DNA of 59,659 nt from Planctomycetota bacterium (GTDB lineage Bacteria; Planctomycetota; JAJSAM01; JAJVHW01): assembly GCA_022072415.1 (NCBI GenBank), contig JAJVHW010000003.1, positions 1-59,659 on the forward strand, written 5' to 3'. Below the pieces are notes generated by a model. The model did not search any database, was not told the DNA's origin, and saw nothing but the letters and a program-made list of their open reading frames with translations. This document shows, piece after piece, positions 48,847 to 58,041 of this stretch. Both the position numbers and the translations under genes were made by a program. Every line of letters starts with the position of its first letter. Position 1 is the first letter of the stretch.

Positions 48847-49839
48847 TCAGGCCCTCTCGTGGCGCGGACGCTGCGCGTAGGCGAGGTCCGCGCGGAAGAC
48901 CACCGTCCCGCCCGCCTTTCCCGCGCCGCCGACGGACTTCCGCCAGACGGTCGCGAGAACGAGGCAGCCCGCGGAGACGGGGTTCGCGGCGTCGTCGTGG
49001 TCGATGACGAGCTCGGTGACGTGCGGCCCGCCGCCGTCGTCGATCCCCTCGACGTCGGCTCCGATGTCCGTCACGGCGTCGGCGAGCGGCGTCGCCGCCT
49101 TCGCGACGCGGTCCTGGCCGGGCACGAGGGTCCGGACCTCGCCCGTCCACTCGACGTCGTCGCCCGCGAGTTGCGCCTGCCCGAGGACCTGGAAGAGGCG
49201 AAGCCGGAGGTCCGTCGCGCCCTGCCAGTTCCGGGGGACGATGAACCCGAGCGTGCGCTTCTCGGCGACGTCGGCGAAGAGCCAGCCCTCGAGCACGCCC
49301 TTCCGGATCTTGGTCGGCGGGTTCCCAGCGTCGTTCCCGAGGTCGCCCTCGAGCGCGAGCTCGACGGTGTCGTAGGACGCGGCGGGCGTTACGGAGAGGA
49401 GGCCCTTCCAGCCGCCGGAGACCGGGAGGTCGGCGATCCAGGCCTCGCCGTCGCCGAGCCGGTAGACGAGGAGTCCGGTGTTGAGCGGCGAGGCGGCCGG
49501 CAGCGCGGCGCGGTTCTCGACGCGGAGCGCCTTGAACTCGAACGGCGCGAGCCGGTCGTCCACGACGCTCGGGTCCGCGTTGATGCTCGCTGGGAGCCGC
49601 GAGAGCGGCCCGACCGGCTGCCAGCTCGCGTTCCCGGCATCGATCCGCAGGTACCGGAAGACGCGGTAGGGCGTCTGTGCGGTGTCCACCCAGACCTGCC
49701 CATCCTGCGGATTCGCGGGCGGTGCCGCCCCGGCGAAGCCCTTCCGGAGCTCGACCGTGCGCCCCTCCAGTTCGAGGAACGCCACCGGGATCGAGTCGCC
49801 GGTGACGGGGTCGTCGTTCAGGGGGGCCCACGTCGGCAC
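48847..49839 (-). CDS. phage structural (tail-fibre region) protein, unknown function
   Basis: 330-aa ORF with protein-like composition. It is tightly packed (a 3-nt gap) with the downstream gene in the late operon. Confidence 0.6.
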   Translation of the reverse strand: MPTWAPLNDDPVTGDSIPVAFLELEGRTVELRKGFAGAAPPANPQDGQVWVDTAQTPYRVFRYLRIDAGNASWQPVGPLSRLPASINADPSVVDDRLAPFEFKALRVENRAALPAASPLNTGLLVYRLGDGEAWIADLPVSGGWKGLLSVTPAASYDTVELALEGDLGNDAGNPPTKIRKGVLEGWLFADVAEKRTLGFIVPRNWQGATDLRLRLFQVLGQAQLAGDDVEWTGEVRTLVPGQDRVAKAATPLADAVTDIGADVEGIDDGGGPHVTELVIDHDDAANPVSAGCLVLATVWRKSVGGAGKAGGTVVFRADLAYAQRPRHERA

Positions 49840-49894
49840 GCACCGAGGATCGGTGCGCGTCAGAGTCCTTCAACCCGCCTGCGACGACCCGCCG

Positions 49895-50518
49895 CTACCG
49901 GGTGAGCGGAACGAGGACGTACCGGAACCGTTCGGTGCCGACGACCGAGTAGTCGGCCCAGCGAAGGGGCACCGGCTGCCGGATCGAGATCGTGCGCTCT
50001 CGACCCTTCCGGGTCCCCTCGCTCGCACGGGGGTCCCACGCGAGCTCGCCCCGCACCATCGACCCGTCCGCCATCCGGAACGCCCGATCCACGGTTCCGT
50101 CTCGTCCCGGAGTCCAGTAGCCCGGATCGTTGGTCAGGGCGAGAACGAACCCGACGTCGACGATGCCCGTGGACAGGAGCGTCTGAACTCGTTCGACGTC
50201 CTTCCAGAAGTCGTAGCGCCGCACGTCCTGGGCCGCGCCGCTCTTCAGCCGAAACGTCTCGCCGTCGATCTCCACCGCCAGGACTCTTGACCAGTACTTG
50301 AGCTCGATCGCAACGCGTGTGTCGCCCACGCGGGCGACCACGTCGACGTACAACCGATCAGCAGCATGGTCGAGGGGGCGCTCCAGCCGGATCTCGGTGG
50401 CGAGACCGCTCGCCGCAAGTTCCCACGCGAGTGCGTGCTGGAAGTCCGCCTCCGAGTGGAACAGCGGTCGGCGCGGCGCGAGCGCGGTGAGAGCGCGGGG
50501 CAGTTCGAGTGCGGCCAT
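49895..50518 (-). CDS. PD-(D/E)xK nuclease-fold protein embedded among tail-fibre genes
   Basis: 'SEADFQHALAWEL...RLYVDVVARVGDTRVAIELKYW' gives an E...D-x12-ExK arrangement. Confidence 0.55.
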   Translation of the reverse strand: MAALELPRALTALAPRRPLFHSEADFQHALAWELAASGLATEIRLERPLDHAADRLYVDVVARVGDTRVAIELKYWSRVLAVEIDGETFRLKSGAAQDVRRYDFWKDVERVQTLLSTGIVDVGFVLALTNDPGYWTPGRDGTVDRAFRMADGSMVRGELAWDPRASEGTRKGRERTISIRQPVPLRWADYSVVGTERFRYVLVPLTR

Positions 50519-50552
50519 CGCGCGATGATACGAACAAGACCGGACGTCCGAG

Positions 50553-51056
50553 CTACGGCGCGATCAGCCCGTGCCCGCGAAGCGCGTTGAGGATCTGGAT
50601 CACCGCCGCCCGGCACATCCCGTCGATGACCATCCCGCCCGCGGGGTCCGCGATCGCGCCGGCGCGATCGCCGACGACCTGGTTCCCGTCCACAACGAGT
50701 CCAGACCCGAGGACGAACTTCGAGCCGTCGAGGGCCGCGACGCCGTTCGGCTCACCCGCGGGGAGCCAGCCGACCGCGAGCCTGCCGTCCCCGAGAGCCT
50801 TCGGGATGGCGTCGGCGCCGGGCGCCGCCGTGGCGACCTCGTCGGCGCCACCGTGCTGGTGCGTCGTCGCGTGCGGGACCGTCGGGATCCACGCTGGCGC
50901 GAGCTTGCCGCTCGGCATTGCGATCGGGATCTTCCCGGCCGCAGCAGCCTCCTGCGCGTTCGCGGGGTCCTGGAGGACCTTCGCCGCGCCGTCGAGTGTC
51001 GCGAGGCCGTCCGGGACGCCGGCGTCGTCCTCCGTCCAGACGAGCTTCCACGCCAT
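50553..51056 (-). CDS. short tail-fibre-like protein (paralogous N-terminus to 51386..52354)
   Basis: 'MAWKLVWTEDD' shares its N-terminal motif with 'MAWKKLITEDD'. 'HATTHQHGGADEV' is a motif common in phage fibre proteins. Confidence 0.65.
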   Translation of the reverse strand: MAWKLVWTEDDAGVPDGLATLDGAAKVLQDPANAQEAAAAGKIPIAMPSGKLAPAWIPTVPHATTHQHGGADEVATAAPGADAIPKALGDGRLAVGWLPAGEPNGVAALDGSKFVLGSGLVVDGNQVVGDRAGAIADPAGGMVIDGMCRAAVIQILNALRGHGLIAP

Positions 51057-51059
51057 GGG

Positions 51060-51383
51060 CTACTCGAGCTCCATCTGCTGAAGCCGCGGCGCGAGCACCT
51101 GGTGCTTGAGCAGCTCGAGCGCCATGAGCACAGTCTCGGGGGAGGCGCCGTGGTGGTTCACGACCTCGGCGAGATCGTCGTGGAGCGCGCGTGTGCGCTC
51201 CTTCTGCGTGAGCCGCGGACCTGAGGCCACGGGCGGGCCGGGGTCGACCGGCGCGGGCTCGGGCGAGAGCATCTCGGGGACGGGCGGGCCGGGCGGCACG
51301 AGAATCTGCGGACGTCCCGCACGCCCCTCGGTCTCCCGGGCCGCGCGCGCGTGGACGCGAGCGAGGAAGCGCGGGTCGGCCAC
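51060..51383 (-). CDS. small Pro-rich/helical protein (fibre chaperone?); start uncertain
   Basis: Last 107 codons of ORF 51060..52667, from the GTG at 51383. The gene fills the gap between the two fibre genes. An alternative ATG lies at 51272. Confidence 0.4.
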   Translation of the reverse strand: MADPRFLARVHARAARETEGRAGRPQILVPPGPPVPEMLSPEPAPVDPGPPVASGPRLTQKERTRALHDDLAEVVNHHGASPETVLMALELLKHQVLAPRLQQMELE

Positions 51384-51385
51384 CG

Positions 51386-52354
51386 TCAGTACCACACCAT
51401 GGGCCGCGAGATCGTGGTGTCGAAGATGAGTCGCCCGACCGCGGGCGCCGCGGGGCGCGCGCCGGTCGTGTAGCCCTTCGGCCGGAGGCCCACGAGCTCG
51501 TTGTCGGCGAAGTCCCACGCGGTCCCGGCCTGCGCGGCCGCCGGGACGCGGGTGTCCGAGAGACGCCCGTCGTTGCCCGCGGTGGCCTGCTGCGACCCGG
51601 TGCCGAGGGTGCGGAGCGACGGCGTTCCGACCGCCCCGTCGTTGTTCGCGGCGGCGACGTGCGCGTCGGTGATCCCGAGGGCCTTCACGCGGAGTGCGTC
51701 GGCGTTGATCTCCAGCGTCGAGCCGTCCACGTTGACGTCGAGCGTGTTCCCGGTCTTCGTGAGGCCCGCACCTCCGACGATGTCCCCGGCGCCCGAGAAC
51801 TGCGTCCACGCGAGGGCGGTCGTCCCGACGACGATCGGCGCGTTCGTCGTGAGCACCCAGAGGGTGTCGGCGTTCGCCGTGCCCTCCTCGACGAAGGCGG
51901 ACGCGCTGCGCAGATCGCCCTCGCTGTCCGCGTCGGCCGCACGAGCCCACGCGCCCGCCGCGGCAACGTAGATGCCGTTCTCGGCGGCGGTCGCCTGGTC
52001 CTTCACCAGCACGCGGTCGCCGGCGACGACGTTCACGCCGTCGATCGTCTGCGCGTTCGCGAGCGCGATGTTCCCGGTCGTCGCCGCGCGTACGGAGTCC
52101 TTCGGAGCGAGGCCCTGCGCGACGGAGTCGACGTAGGCCTTCGTGGCGAGGTGCGCGGCGGCAGTCGGGTCGGCCGCGTTCACGCCCTTGAAGGCGCCGA
52201 AGTCGAGGTCGCGGGTCAGCGGTCCGAGCGCCGGCGCGGCGTCGCTGCGCATCGCGGTCGTCGCGGCGCCGTTGACGGCCGCGCCGCCGATCGTCGCGGA
52301 GGGGTTCGCGAACCCTCCGAAGTCGTCCTCGGTGATCAGCTTCTTCCACGCCAT
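51386..52354 (-). CDS. phage tail fibre protein
   Basis: 'ATKAYVDSV', 'VRAATTGNIALANAQTIDGVNVVAGDRVLVKDQATAAENGIY' and 'LWVLT' are characteristic fibre/collar motifs. Confidence 0.8.
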   Translation of the reverse strand: MAWKKLITEDDFGGFANPSATIGGAAVNGAATTAMRSDAAPALGPLTRDLDFGAFKGVNAADPTAAAHLATKAYVDSVAQGLAPKDSVRAATTGNIALANAQTIDGVNVVAGDRVLVKDQATAAENGIYVAAAGAWARAADADSEGDLRSASAFVEEGTANADTLWVLTTNAPIVVGTTALAWTQFSGAGDIVGGAGLTKTGNTLDVNVDGSTLEINADALRVKALGITDAHVAAANNDGAVGTPSLRTLGTGSQQATAGNDGRLSDTRVPAAAQAGTAWDFADNELVGLRPKGYTTGARPAAPAVGRLIFDTTISRPMVWY

Positions 52355-52549
52355 GGGGTCGGGCCTCCGGGTTCGGTGTCCAGCGTCGCCCCGGTGCAGA
52401 GTCCTTCAAGTCGGACGCCCCGGCGGAAGGTGCTTGCCACTCGCCCGACCCGCCGAACCGCCGCGGCACGACGCACCGGATCTCGGCTCGCGTGACCTTG
52501 ATCCGCCCCGCGTCAGAGCGAAGGTCGGGACATGCACAAGGAGGCCCCG

Positions 52550-52795
52550 ATGAACGAGCCACGCGCGAGCGGATACGTCCCCACGGAGGTCCCGGAGGGC
52601 TGGCGCGCCCCGGCGCACCCCTACCCGGACATGCGGTGCGCACGCTGCGGCGCGCAACTCGTCCCATGGGGGACGGTTCTCCGCGGCACGCGGGAGCTGG
52701 TCCAGATGCACTGCGGGGATCACCCAGTCGCGGACCGGCTGTGGGACGAGCGGACCGACGAGGACTGCGGGCCGCTCCACGAGACGAGGAGGTAG
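52550..52795 (+). CDS. small Cys/His-containing (zinc-ribbon-like) protein
   Basis: ATG at 52550 with an AAGGAGG RBS (52538-52544). 'CARCG...HCGDH'. It lies on the opposite strand to the surrounding tail genes. Confidence 0.45.
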   Translation: MNEPRASGYVPTEVPEGWRAPAHPYPDMRCARCGAQLVPWGTVLRGTRELVQMHCGDHPVADRLWDERTDEDCGPLHETRR

Positions 52796-52797
52796 CG

Positions 52798-53022
52798 ATG
52801 CGAGGACTCTGCGACGGCGGGATCGACGGCGGCGGGAGCTACGTCGAGTACGTGTTCGAAGGACGGCGCGAGCAGGGGTGGGTCTACCGGCTGCTGCGCG
52901 GCGACCTCGTCCAGATCGAGACGTTCTCCGGGGACTACGTGGTCATGCACCACGTCCGCCGCACCGACATCCGGCACCTCTTCACGGACGCCGAGATCCG
53001 TCGCGCAACGACACGGCGCTAG
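52798..53022 (+). CDS. small hypothetical protein
   Basis: ATG at 52798 with a GAGGAGG RBS overlapping the end of the previous gene. 74 aa. Confidence 0.5.
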   Translation: MRGLCDGGIDGGGSYVEYVFEGRREQGWVYRLLRGDLVQIETFSGDYVVMHHVRRTDIRHLFTDAEIRRATTRR

Positions 53023-53074
53023 GGCGACCCGGTCGCTGCGGTCGGTCGCCGCGCGTTGTAACCTCGCGCGGACC

Positions 53075-54040
53075 ATGCACGATCACTCCAATGACATAGC
53101 GCTCGCGGCTACGCAGATGATCTTCGGCGCGAGCGATTCCGTTCTCCTGCAGGCTCGCCTGATCGACGGTCGGGAGTTCGGGCTAGAGCTCGACGACCTC
53201 GCTGCATCCGTCGACAGCCGTCTCGACTTGCGGTGCCTCGTGCCGTTCCCAGGGATGCGGCGGGACCGAGCCGGTGAGGTCGACTTCGAGTCGCTGGGCG
53301 CAGCAGAAACGCTCGGGGAGCTGAAGCGGCAGATTCAGTTCCTAGAGGACGCTGGCTGGAGTGTTCGGATCACGCCGGACGCGCCACTCGGCAGCGCCCT
53401 CATCGTCGATGACAGCGAGGCGATCTACTACTCATACCTCGACCGCCCAGCGGGTCCGTTCGCGACGTCTGAACCCGCAGAAGTGATGCACCACCGCGAC
53501 CAGTTCGACGTGCAGTGGGCGCAGGCTCTCCTGCCGGAAGACGCGCACGAGCTGTACGAGCGAACGGCAGCGTTCGGAACAGCGGAGTCTACGAAACGCA
53601 TCGTGGTTGCGTCCGAGGGGTCTTGGCAGCGGGTGATCGAGGCGCTCGCCCGTTCCCCGGAGGAACTGCGCGGGCTAGCTCCACGACGGTTCGAAGAGCT
53701 CGTCGCAGAGCTACTCTCTAGGGATGGGCTCGACGTGCGACTCACGCCCGCTACGCGTGACGGCGGTCGCGACATCCTGGCGTTTGGCAGCACACCTGTC
53801 GGCAATCACCTCTATCTCGTGGAGTGTAAGCGCCACGCGCCGACCAATCCCGTCGGCATCGGCGTCGTGCGACAGCTCTACGGGGTGGTCACGCAAGAAC
53901 GCGCAACTGCTGGGCTCATCGTTGCCACGTCGCGTTTCTCGACGGATGCACACGAGTTCGCGGTGTCAGTCCGTCACCAGATGTCACTTCGCGACTACGA
54001 CGCACTCTGCGAATGGCTTCAGCGGCACGCGCGCGCGTGA
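53075..54040 (+). CDS. Mrr_cat-type (type IV restriction-like) endonuclease with an unknown N-terminal domain
   Basis: C-terminal 'FEELVAELLSRDGLDVRLTPATRDGGRDILAF...LYLVECKRHAPTNPVGIGVVRQLYG...GLIVATSRFSTDAHEFA' is the Mrr catalytic core (D...ExK). Confidence 0.8.
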   Translation: MHDHSNDIALAATQMIFGASDSVLLQARLIDGREFGLELDDLAASVDSRLDLRCLVPFPGMRRDRAGEVDFESLGAAETLGELKRQIQFLEDAGWSVRITPDAPLGSALIVDDSEAIYYSYLDRPAGPFATSEPAEVMHHRDQFDVQWAQALLPEDAHELYERTAAFGTAESTKRIVVASEGSWQRVIEALARSPEELRGLAPRRFEELVAELLSRDGLDVRLTPATRDGGRDILAFGSTPVGNHLYLVECKRHAPTNPVGIGVVRQLYGVVTQERATAGLIVATSRFSTDAHEFAVSVRHQMSLRDYDALCEWLQRHARA

Positions 54041-54049
54041 CTCTCTACG

Positions 54050-55411
54050 CTACGTCCCCATCGCCTGCCAGTGGACCGTGGGTGCGAACGTCGCCGGGTC
54101 GCCGGGGAAGACCGCCGCGCCGCCCGCGATCGTGAAGCCCGTCGCCGTCACGTTCGTGACGATCGGCGTGCCCGTGAAGCCGACGAGCGACGCGGTCACC
54201 TTCGGCGGGTTCTGGAAGGGGACCGGGAAGATGACGTTGACCGGCGAGCAGTTCACGACGACCTCGCCCTCGAGCTTCCGGTTGAACTTCCGACGCGTGA
54301 CGACGAGCCGCGGGACGCGGACGAAGCGAAGGCCGTCGCCAGTCACTGTGACGCGGAGCCGGGTCCGCCAGTATCGATATGTGCCGGGCGCGAAGGGACG
54401 CCACCCGTCCCAGGCTCCTGCCGCGGTCGGGCTCGTGTCGATCTCGACCGCGGCGTCCACGGGCACGAGCGGCGTCAGCCGCCACGAGTTCTGTGACGCG
54501 AAGGAGGGAGTCCCGAGGGGGACGATCTGTTCATCGCGTCCGGCGCGCGCGCCGAGGGCCGGGCGACGGACGGCACCGAAGGGGAGCCCCGCGTCCACGG
54601 GCTGCGCCGCGCCCATGTCCACCTCGACCCGCTGGTGCTCGATCAGCCCGGCGTCGAGCACGGGCGACTCGTAGACGCCCCGCGGCCAGTACTTCGCGAA
54701 GCACGGTACGCCCGCGAAGGTGCCGAAGGGAGCCGCTGCCGCGCCGAAGTGGAGGGGGAGCCGCTCCTGGCGCAGCGCGCCCCCGTCCACCTCGAGGTGT
54801 GTCTTCGTCCCCGGCCAGCCGAGCGCCCCCTGGTCCGCGGCGTCAGCCGTGACGTGGGAGTCGAGGGGCGCGATCGTCACGCTGACCGTCGCCGCCTCGC
54901 GCGACGTGCGCCCGAGGGAGTCCACGGCCTTCAGGTGGAGCGTCGTCGTACCGGACGCGGACCACGCCCACGCGAGGCTCGTCCCCGTCACGCCCGCGGC
55001 GATCCGCGTCCCGTCCTCCCACGAGTCCCCAGCGCGCGCCTCGTGGGCCACCGTGACCCCGTCCGTGGCGGCATCCCACCGGAGGTTGACGTTCGGGCCG
55101 TCCTGCGCGGCGGCGAAGCCCGCGGGCGCGGCGGGCAGCGCGGGCGTCCCCTCGTCCGCCGTCGGCGCGACGCGGAGCGTTTCCCACTCGTCCTCCGAGG
55201 CAAGGCTCCCGTCCGCCTCGACCGGGACGACCGCGAACGTGTAGCTCCGCTCCGGGTGGAGCCCCGACGCCGTGAACTCGCTCGCGTCCGTCCGGCCGAT
55301 CTCCGTCCAGCCGGAGTCGTCGGCCCCGCGCTTCAGCACCGCGACCGTCACGCTCTGCGCGCGGGTCCAGGAGAGCACCGCCGCGACGTACCGCTGCGTG
55401 TCCGCCATCAC
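54050..55411 (-). CDS. phage tail/host-recognition protein with FN3-like repeats
   Basis: N-terminal FN3-like modules ('YTFAVVPVEADGS', 'LRWDAATDG'). Its start overlaps the stop of the J-like gene. Confidence 0.7.
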   Translation of the reverse strand: MMADTQRYVAAVLSWTRAQSVTVAVLKRGADDSGWTEIGRTDASEFTASGLHPERSYTFAVVPVEADGSLASEDEWETLRVAPTADEGTPALPAAPAGFAAAQDGPNVNLRWDAATDGVTVAHEARAGDSWEDGTRIAAGVTGTSLAWAWSASGTTTLHLKAVDSLGRTSREAATVSVTIAPLDSHVTADAADQGALGWPGTKTHLEVDGGALRQERLPLHFGAAAAPFGTFAGVPCFAKYWPRGVYESPVLDAGLIEHQRVEVDMGAAQPVDAGLPFGAVRRPALGARAGRDEQIVPLGTPSFASQNSWRLTPLVPVDAAVEIDTSPTAAGAWDGWRPFAPGTYRYWRTRLRVTVTGDGLRFVRVPRLVVTRRKFNRKLEGEVVVNCSPVNVIFPVPFQNPPKVTASLVGFTGTPIVTNVTATGFTIAGGAAVFPGDPATFAPTVHWQAMGT

Positions 55412-58038
55412 CGCACCCTAGCCTGGAGGCCCGTCACGCGCCGCGACGCGCTCCGCGTCGTCGTCGTGTTCGCGGACGACGTGGCCGCAGTCGCCGGCGC
55501 GGTACTCACGGGCACCGTGACGCTCTTCAGCGCGTACACCGACGAGTCCATCACCCGCCCGGCGTACCGAACCGTCAGCTTCCCGTTCTCGTCGCGCCCG
55601 ACCGCGCCCGCGAGGACGCGGACCTTGAGCTCCGTCGCCTTCGCGCCCGTCGAGTACGGCACTCGCGTCCGCACGAGGACGATGTCGCCCGCCTCGACGT
55701 GCTGGACGCCCGGGTGCGCCTCCCACGTGCAGGGGAAGGGGAGCGCCCGCGCCTGCTCGGCGAGGTGACGGAGCATCCGCGCCGCCTCGGTTTCGCGCGT
55801 CACGCCGCGGAGGTCCACCTCGCGGACGTTGAGCGGCGTCGTCTCGGGGAGGCCGTCCACCGGGTAGAGGAGTTCGTCGCGCTCGTAGTTGAGGAACTCG
55901 CTCCAGAAGGAGCCCTTGACCCCGGTCGGCGACTTGCCCCACTCATCGAGCCGCAGCACGAACTTCGACATGTTCTGCGCGGCCGGGTCGATGTCGTCCA
56001 CGAACGTGAAGACGGGGTCGCCGTCCTGGTCGAGCGGAAACCGCCAGCGCGCGCCCTGGAGGGTCGCGAAGCAGTAGCCGAGGAACGCGAAGTCGCCGAC
56101 CGTCTCCATGAGCGACATCGGCGTGTCGAGGACGACGTTCAGGCGGCAGCGGCGCTCGCCGTTCGTCGAGGAGGCGGGCCGCGTCGCGTCGTCGCCCGGG
56201 CGGTGGACCCACGCATCGCAGAAGTCCGCGAAGGCGACGAGGCCGTTCAGCGATCCGTCCGTCCCGACGAGGAAGTCCGTCCCCGTGAAGAAGTAGCCCG
56301 CCCCGTACCGCTCGACGGCGGCACCCTCGGACGATGTCACGAGGTCGCGGATCGCGAGCGCGGCGTTCTGGCTGCTGCCGAGATCCCGCGCGCCGCCCTG
56401 CGCGTCCGTCCGCGGGTCGTATAGAGCGCCTCGCTTCGCGACGCAGGTGACGCGGAGGCTCCCGCCCTGGAGCGCCGCCCCGACGCTGCCGCGGAGACCG
56501 AGGAGCGCGGTCCCCGGGTACGTGAAGCCCTCGCGCGTCACCTCCGTGACGTACGTGAACTGGATCTCGTCCACAGCGAGCGCGTCCGTGGACTCGGCCG
56601 TCTGTCGCGTGACGCGGACCTCGTACGGCGCGCGGTCGAAGTTGGCGAGCGCGTCCGCGGCACCCGTGTCGCCCGAGATACTCCGCTTCTCCAGTTCGTC
56701 GCGGAGACCGATCTCCCAGCGCATCGTCGAGGCCCGCTCGCCGATCAGGTCGAAGGTGTTCCCGGAGTGCGCGGAAAGCACAGTCCACGTCGTCACGCCC
56801 TGCTTCCGGTACTCGACGCGCACGCGGACCGTGATCGCGTTCGTCCCGCCGTCGTCCTTGTACTGGATCATCCCGCGCGGCGCGGAGATGCCGACGCGCA
56901 GGTCGTCCACCTCGCGCCCGTCCGTCGAGTAGGTGTTCCCGACGTTCCGGGCGAGGACCTGCTCCTTCGGGTTTCGCGACTGCTCGAGGTCCGTGAAGCC
57001 CTCGATCGGCTGCTGGTCGAGCGTCCCCGGCCGCCAGGTGACGCGGAGGCCGTGGAAGGGCGTCGTCCGGTACTTCGCCGTGACCTTCTTGCCGTTCGCG
57101 GGGGCCGTGCCGAAGGCGACCTTCGTGATGCCGCCCGCCGCCAGCGTGATGGCGAGCGAGTCCGCCCCGAGGTAGTCGTACGTGACGCGGACCGTGTACC
57201 CGGTCGGAGGCCGCGTCACGAAGCGCAGCCGCATCTTCCACGCGGCGAGCTTCTGCGATCCCCACCTGAAGAGCCCCTCGCGACGCGGCTGCTCCAGCTC
57301 CGGGCGACCCGTGCCGCGGATGAAGACGCGGATCGTCTGCGAGAGGATGCGCTCCGTCTTGTCGTCGCGACGCAGGTCGAACGTCAGCTTCGGCGTCGGG
57401 AGCCGTACTCCGGTCAGCGGGTCGTAGCGCGCGGCGGGCGGAGCGGGAACCGTGAACTCGGTCGATGCCGACCGCTTCGTCCAGGCCTTCTGGACGCCGT
57501 CCACGAACACCTCGACGGCCGGGGCCTCGTCGTCTCCGAGGAAGACCGAGCGGTGCGGGAACACGAACTCCTTCTTCGAGCCGTTCCCCTTCCCGAGGCT
57601 CTCCTCACGGATGTTCGAGACGATCCGCCGGTCGTTGATCTCGATGTCCGTCACGTCCGCGACGACGCCCTCGCAGATCACGCCGAGCCACCGGAACTCC
57701 TGCCGCGCCGTGTTCCGCACGTCGCCGGGGGAGACGCCCTCGACAGCCTCCGTGACGGACTCCGCGATCACGACCGGCTTCACGCGGTGGACGCCGTAGA
57801 GGATCGGGACGTGCGCGTCGGACCCGCGGGGGTTCTCGAACTGGTCGATGCCGTAGGTCGGCGAGTCGCGGAGGTTCTTCTGGCGCGGCGGGGTCGGCGT
57901 GAGCGCCGTGCCCGCGATCGTCCCGGCGCCCGCGACCATGAGCGGGATGCCGATCTCGGCGAGGACACCCGTGAAGGTGAGGATCGCGCCGACGACGAGC
58001 TCCAGCCCGCCGATGATGTAGCCGAGTCCCTTGCCCAT
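55408..58038 (-). CDS. host-specificity (lambda gpJ / GTA g15-like, Phage-tail_3) protein
   Basis: 876 aa. N-terminal hydrophobic segment, then 'PILYGVHRVKPVVI'. Position downstream of the L-like and M-like genes. Confidence 0.8.
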   Translation of the reverse strand: MGKGLGYIIGGLELVVGAILTFTGVLAEIGIPLMVAGAGTIAGTALTPTPPRQKNLRDSPTYGIDQFENPRGSDAHVPILYGVHRVKPVVIAESVTEAVEGVSPGDVRNTARQEFRWLGVICEGVVADVTDIEINDRRIVSNIREESLGKGNGSKKEFVFPHRSVFLGDDEAPAVEVFVDGVQKAWTKRSASTEFTVPAPPAARYDPLTGVRLPTPKLTFDLRRDDKTERILSQTIRVFIRGTGRPELEQPRREGLFRWGSQKLAAWKMRLRFVTRPPTGYTVRVTYDYLGADSLAITLAAGGITKVAFGTAPANGKKVTAKYRTTPFHGLRVTWRPGTLDQQPIEGFTDLEQSRNPKEQVLARNVGNTYSTDGREVDDLRVGISAPRGMIQYKDDGGTNAITVRVRVEYRKQGVTTWTVLSAHSGNTFDLIGERASTMRWEIGLRDELEKRSISGDTGAADALANFDRAPYEVRVTRQTAESTDALAVDEIQFTYVTEVTREGFTYPGTALLGLRGSVGAALQGGSLRVTCVAKRGALYDPRTDAQGGARDLGSSQNAALAIRDLVTSSEGAAVERYGAGYFFTGTDFLVGTDGSLNGLVAFADFCDAWVHRPGDDATRPASSTNGERRCRLNVVLDTPMSLMETVGDFAFLGYCFATLQGARWRFPLDQDGDPVFTFVDDIDPAAQNMSKFVLRLDEWGKSPTGVKGSFWSEFLNYERDELLYPVDGLPETTPLNVREVDLRGVTRETEAARMLRHLAEQARALPFPCTWEAHPGVQHVEAGDIVLVRTRVPYSTGAKATELKVRVLAGAVGRDENGKLTVRYAGRVMDSSVYALKSVTVPVSTAPATAATSSANTTTTRSASRRVTGLQARVR

Positions 58039-58041
58039 GGC

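Noticed and set aside
48013-49905. 630-aa plus-strand ORF, and likewise 48254..49873, 51060..52667 (N-terminal part), 55943..57265, 56767..58698, 57605..58762
   Set aside because: They are shadow ORFs over the phage late genes, with no motifs and extreme Arg/Gly/Asp content.
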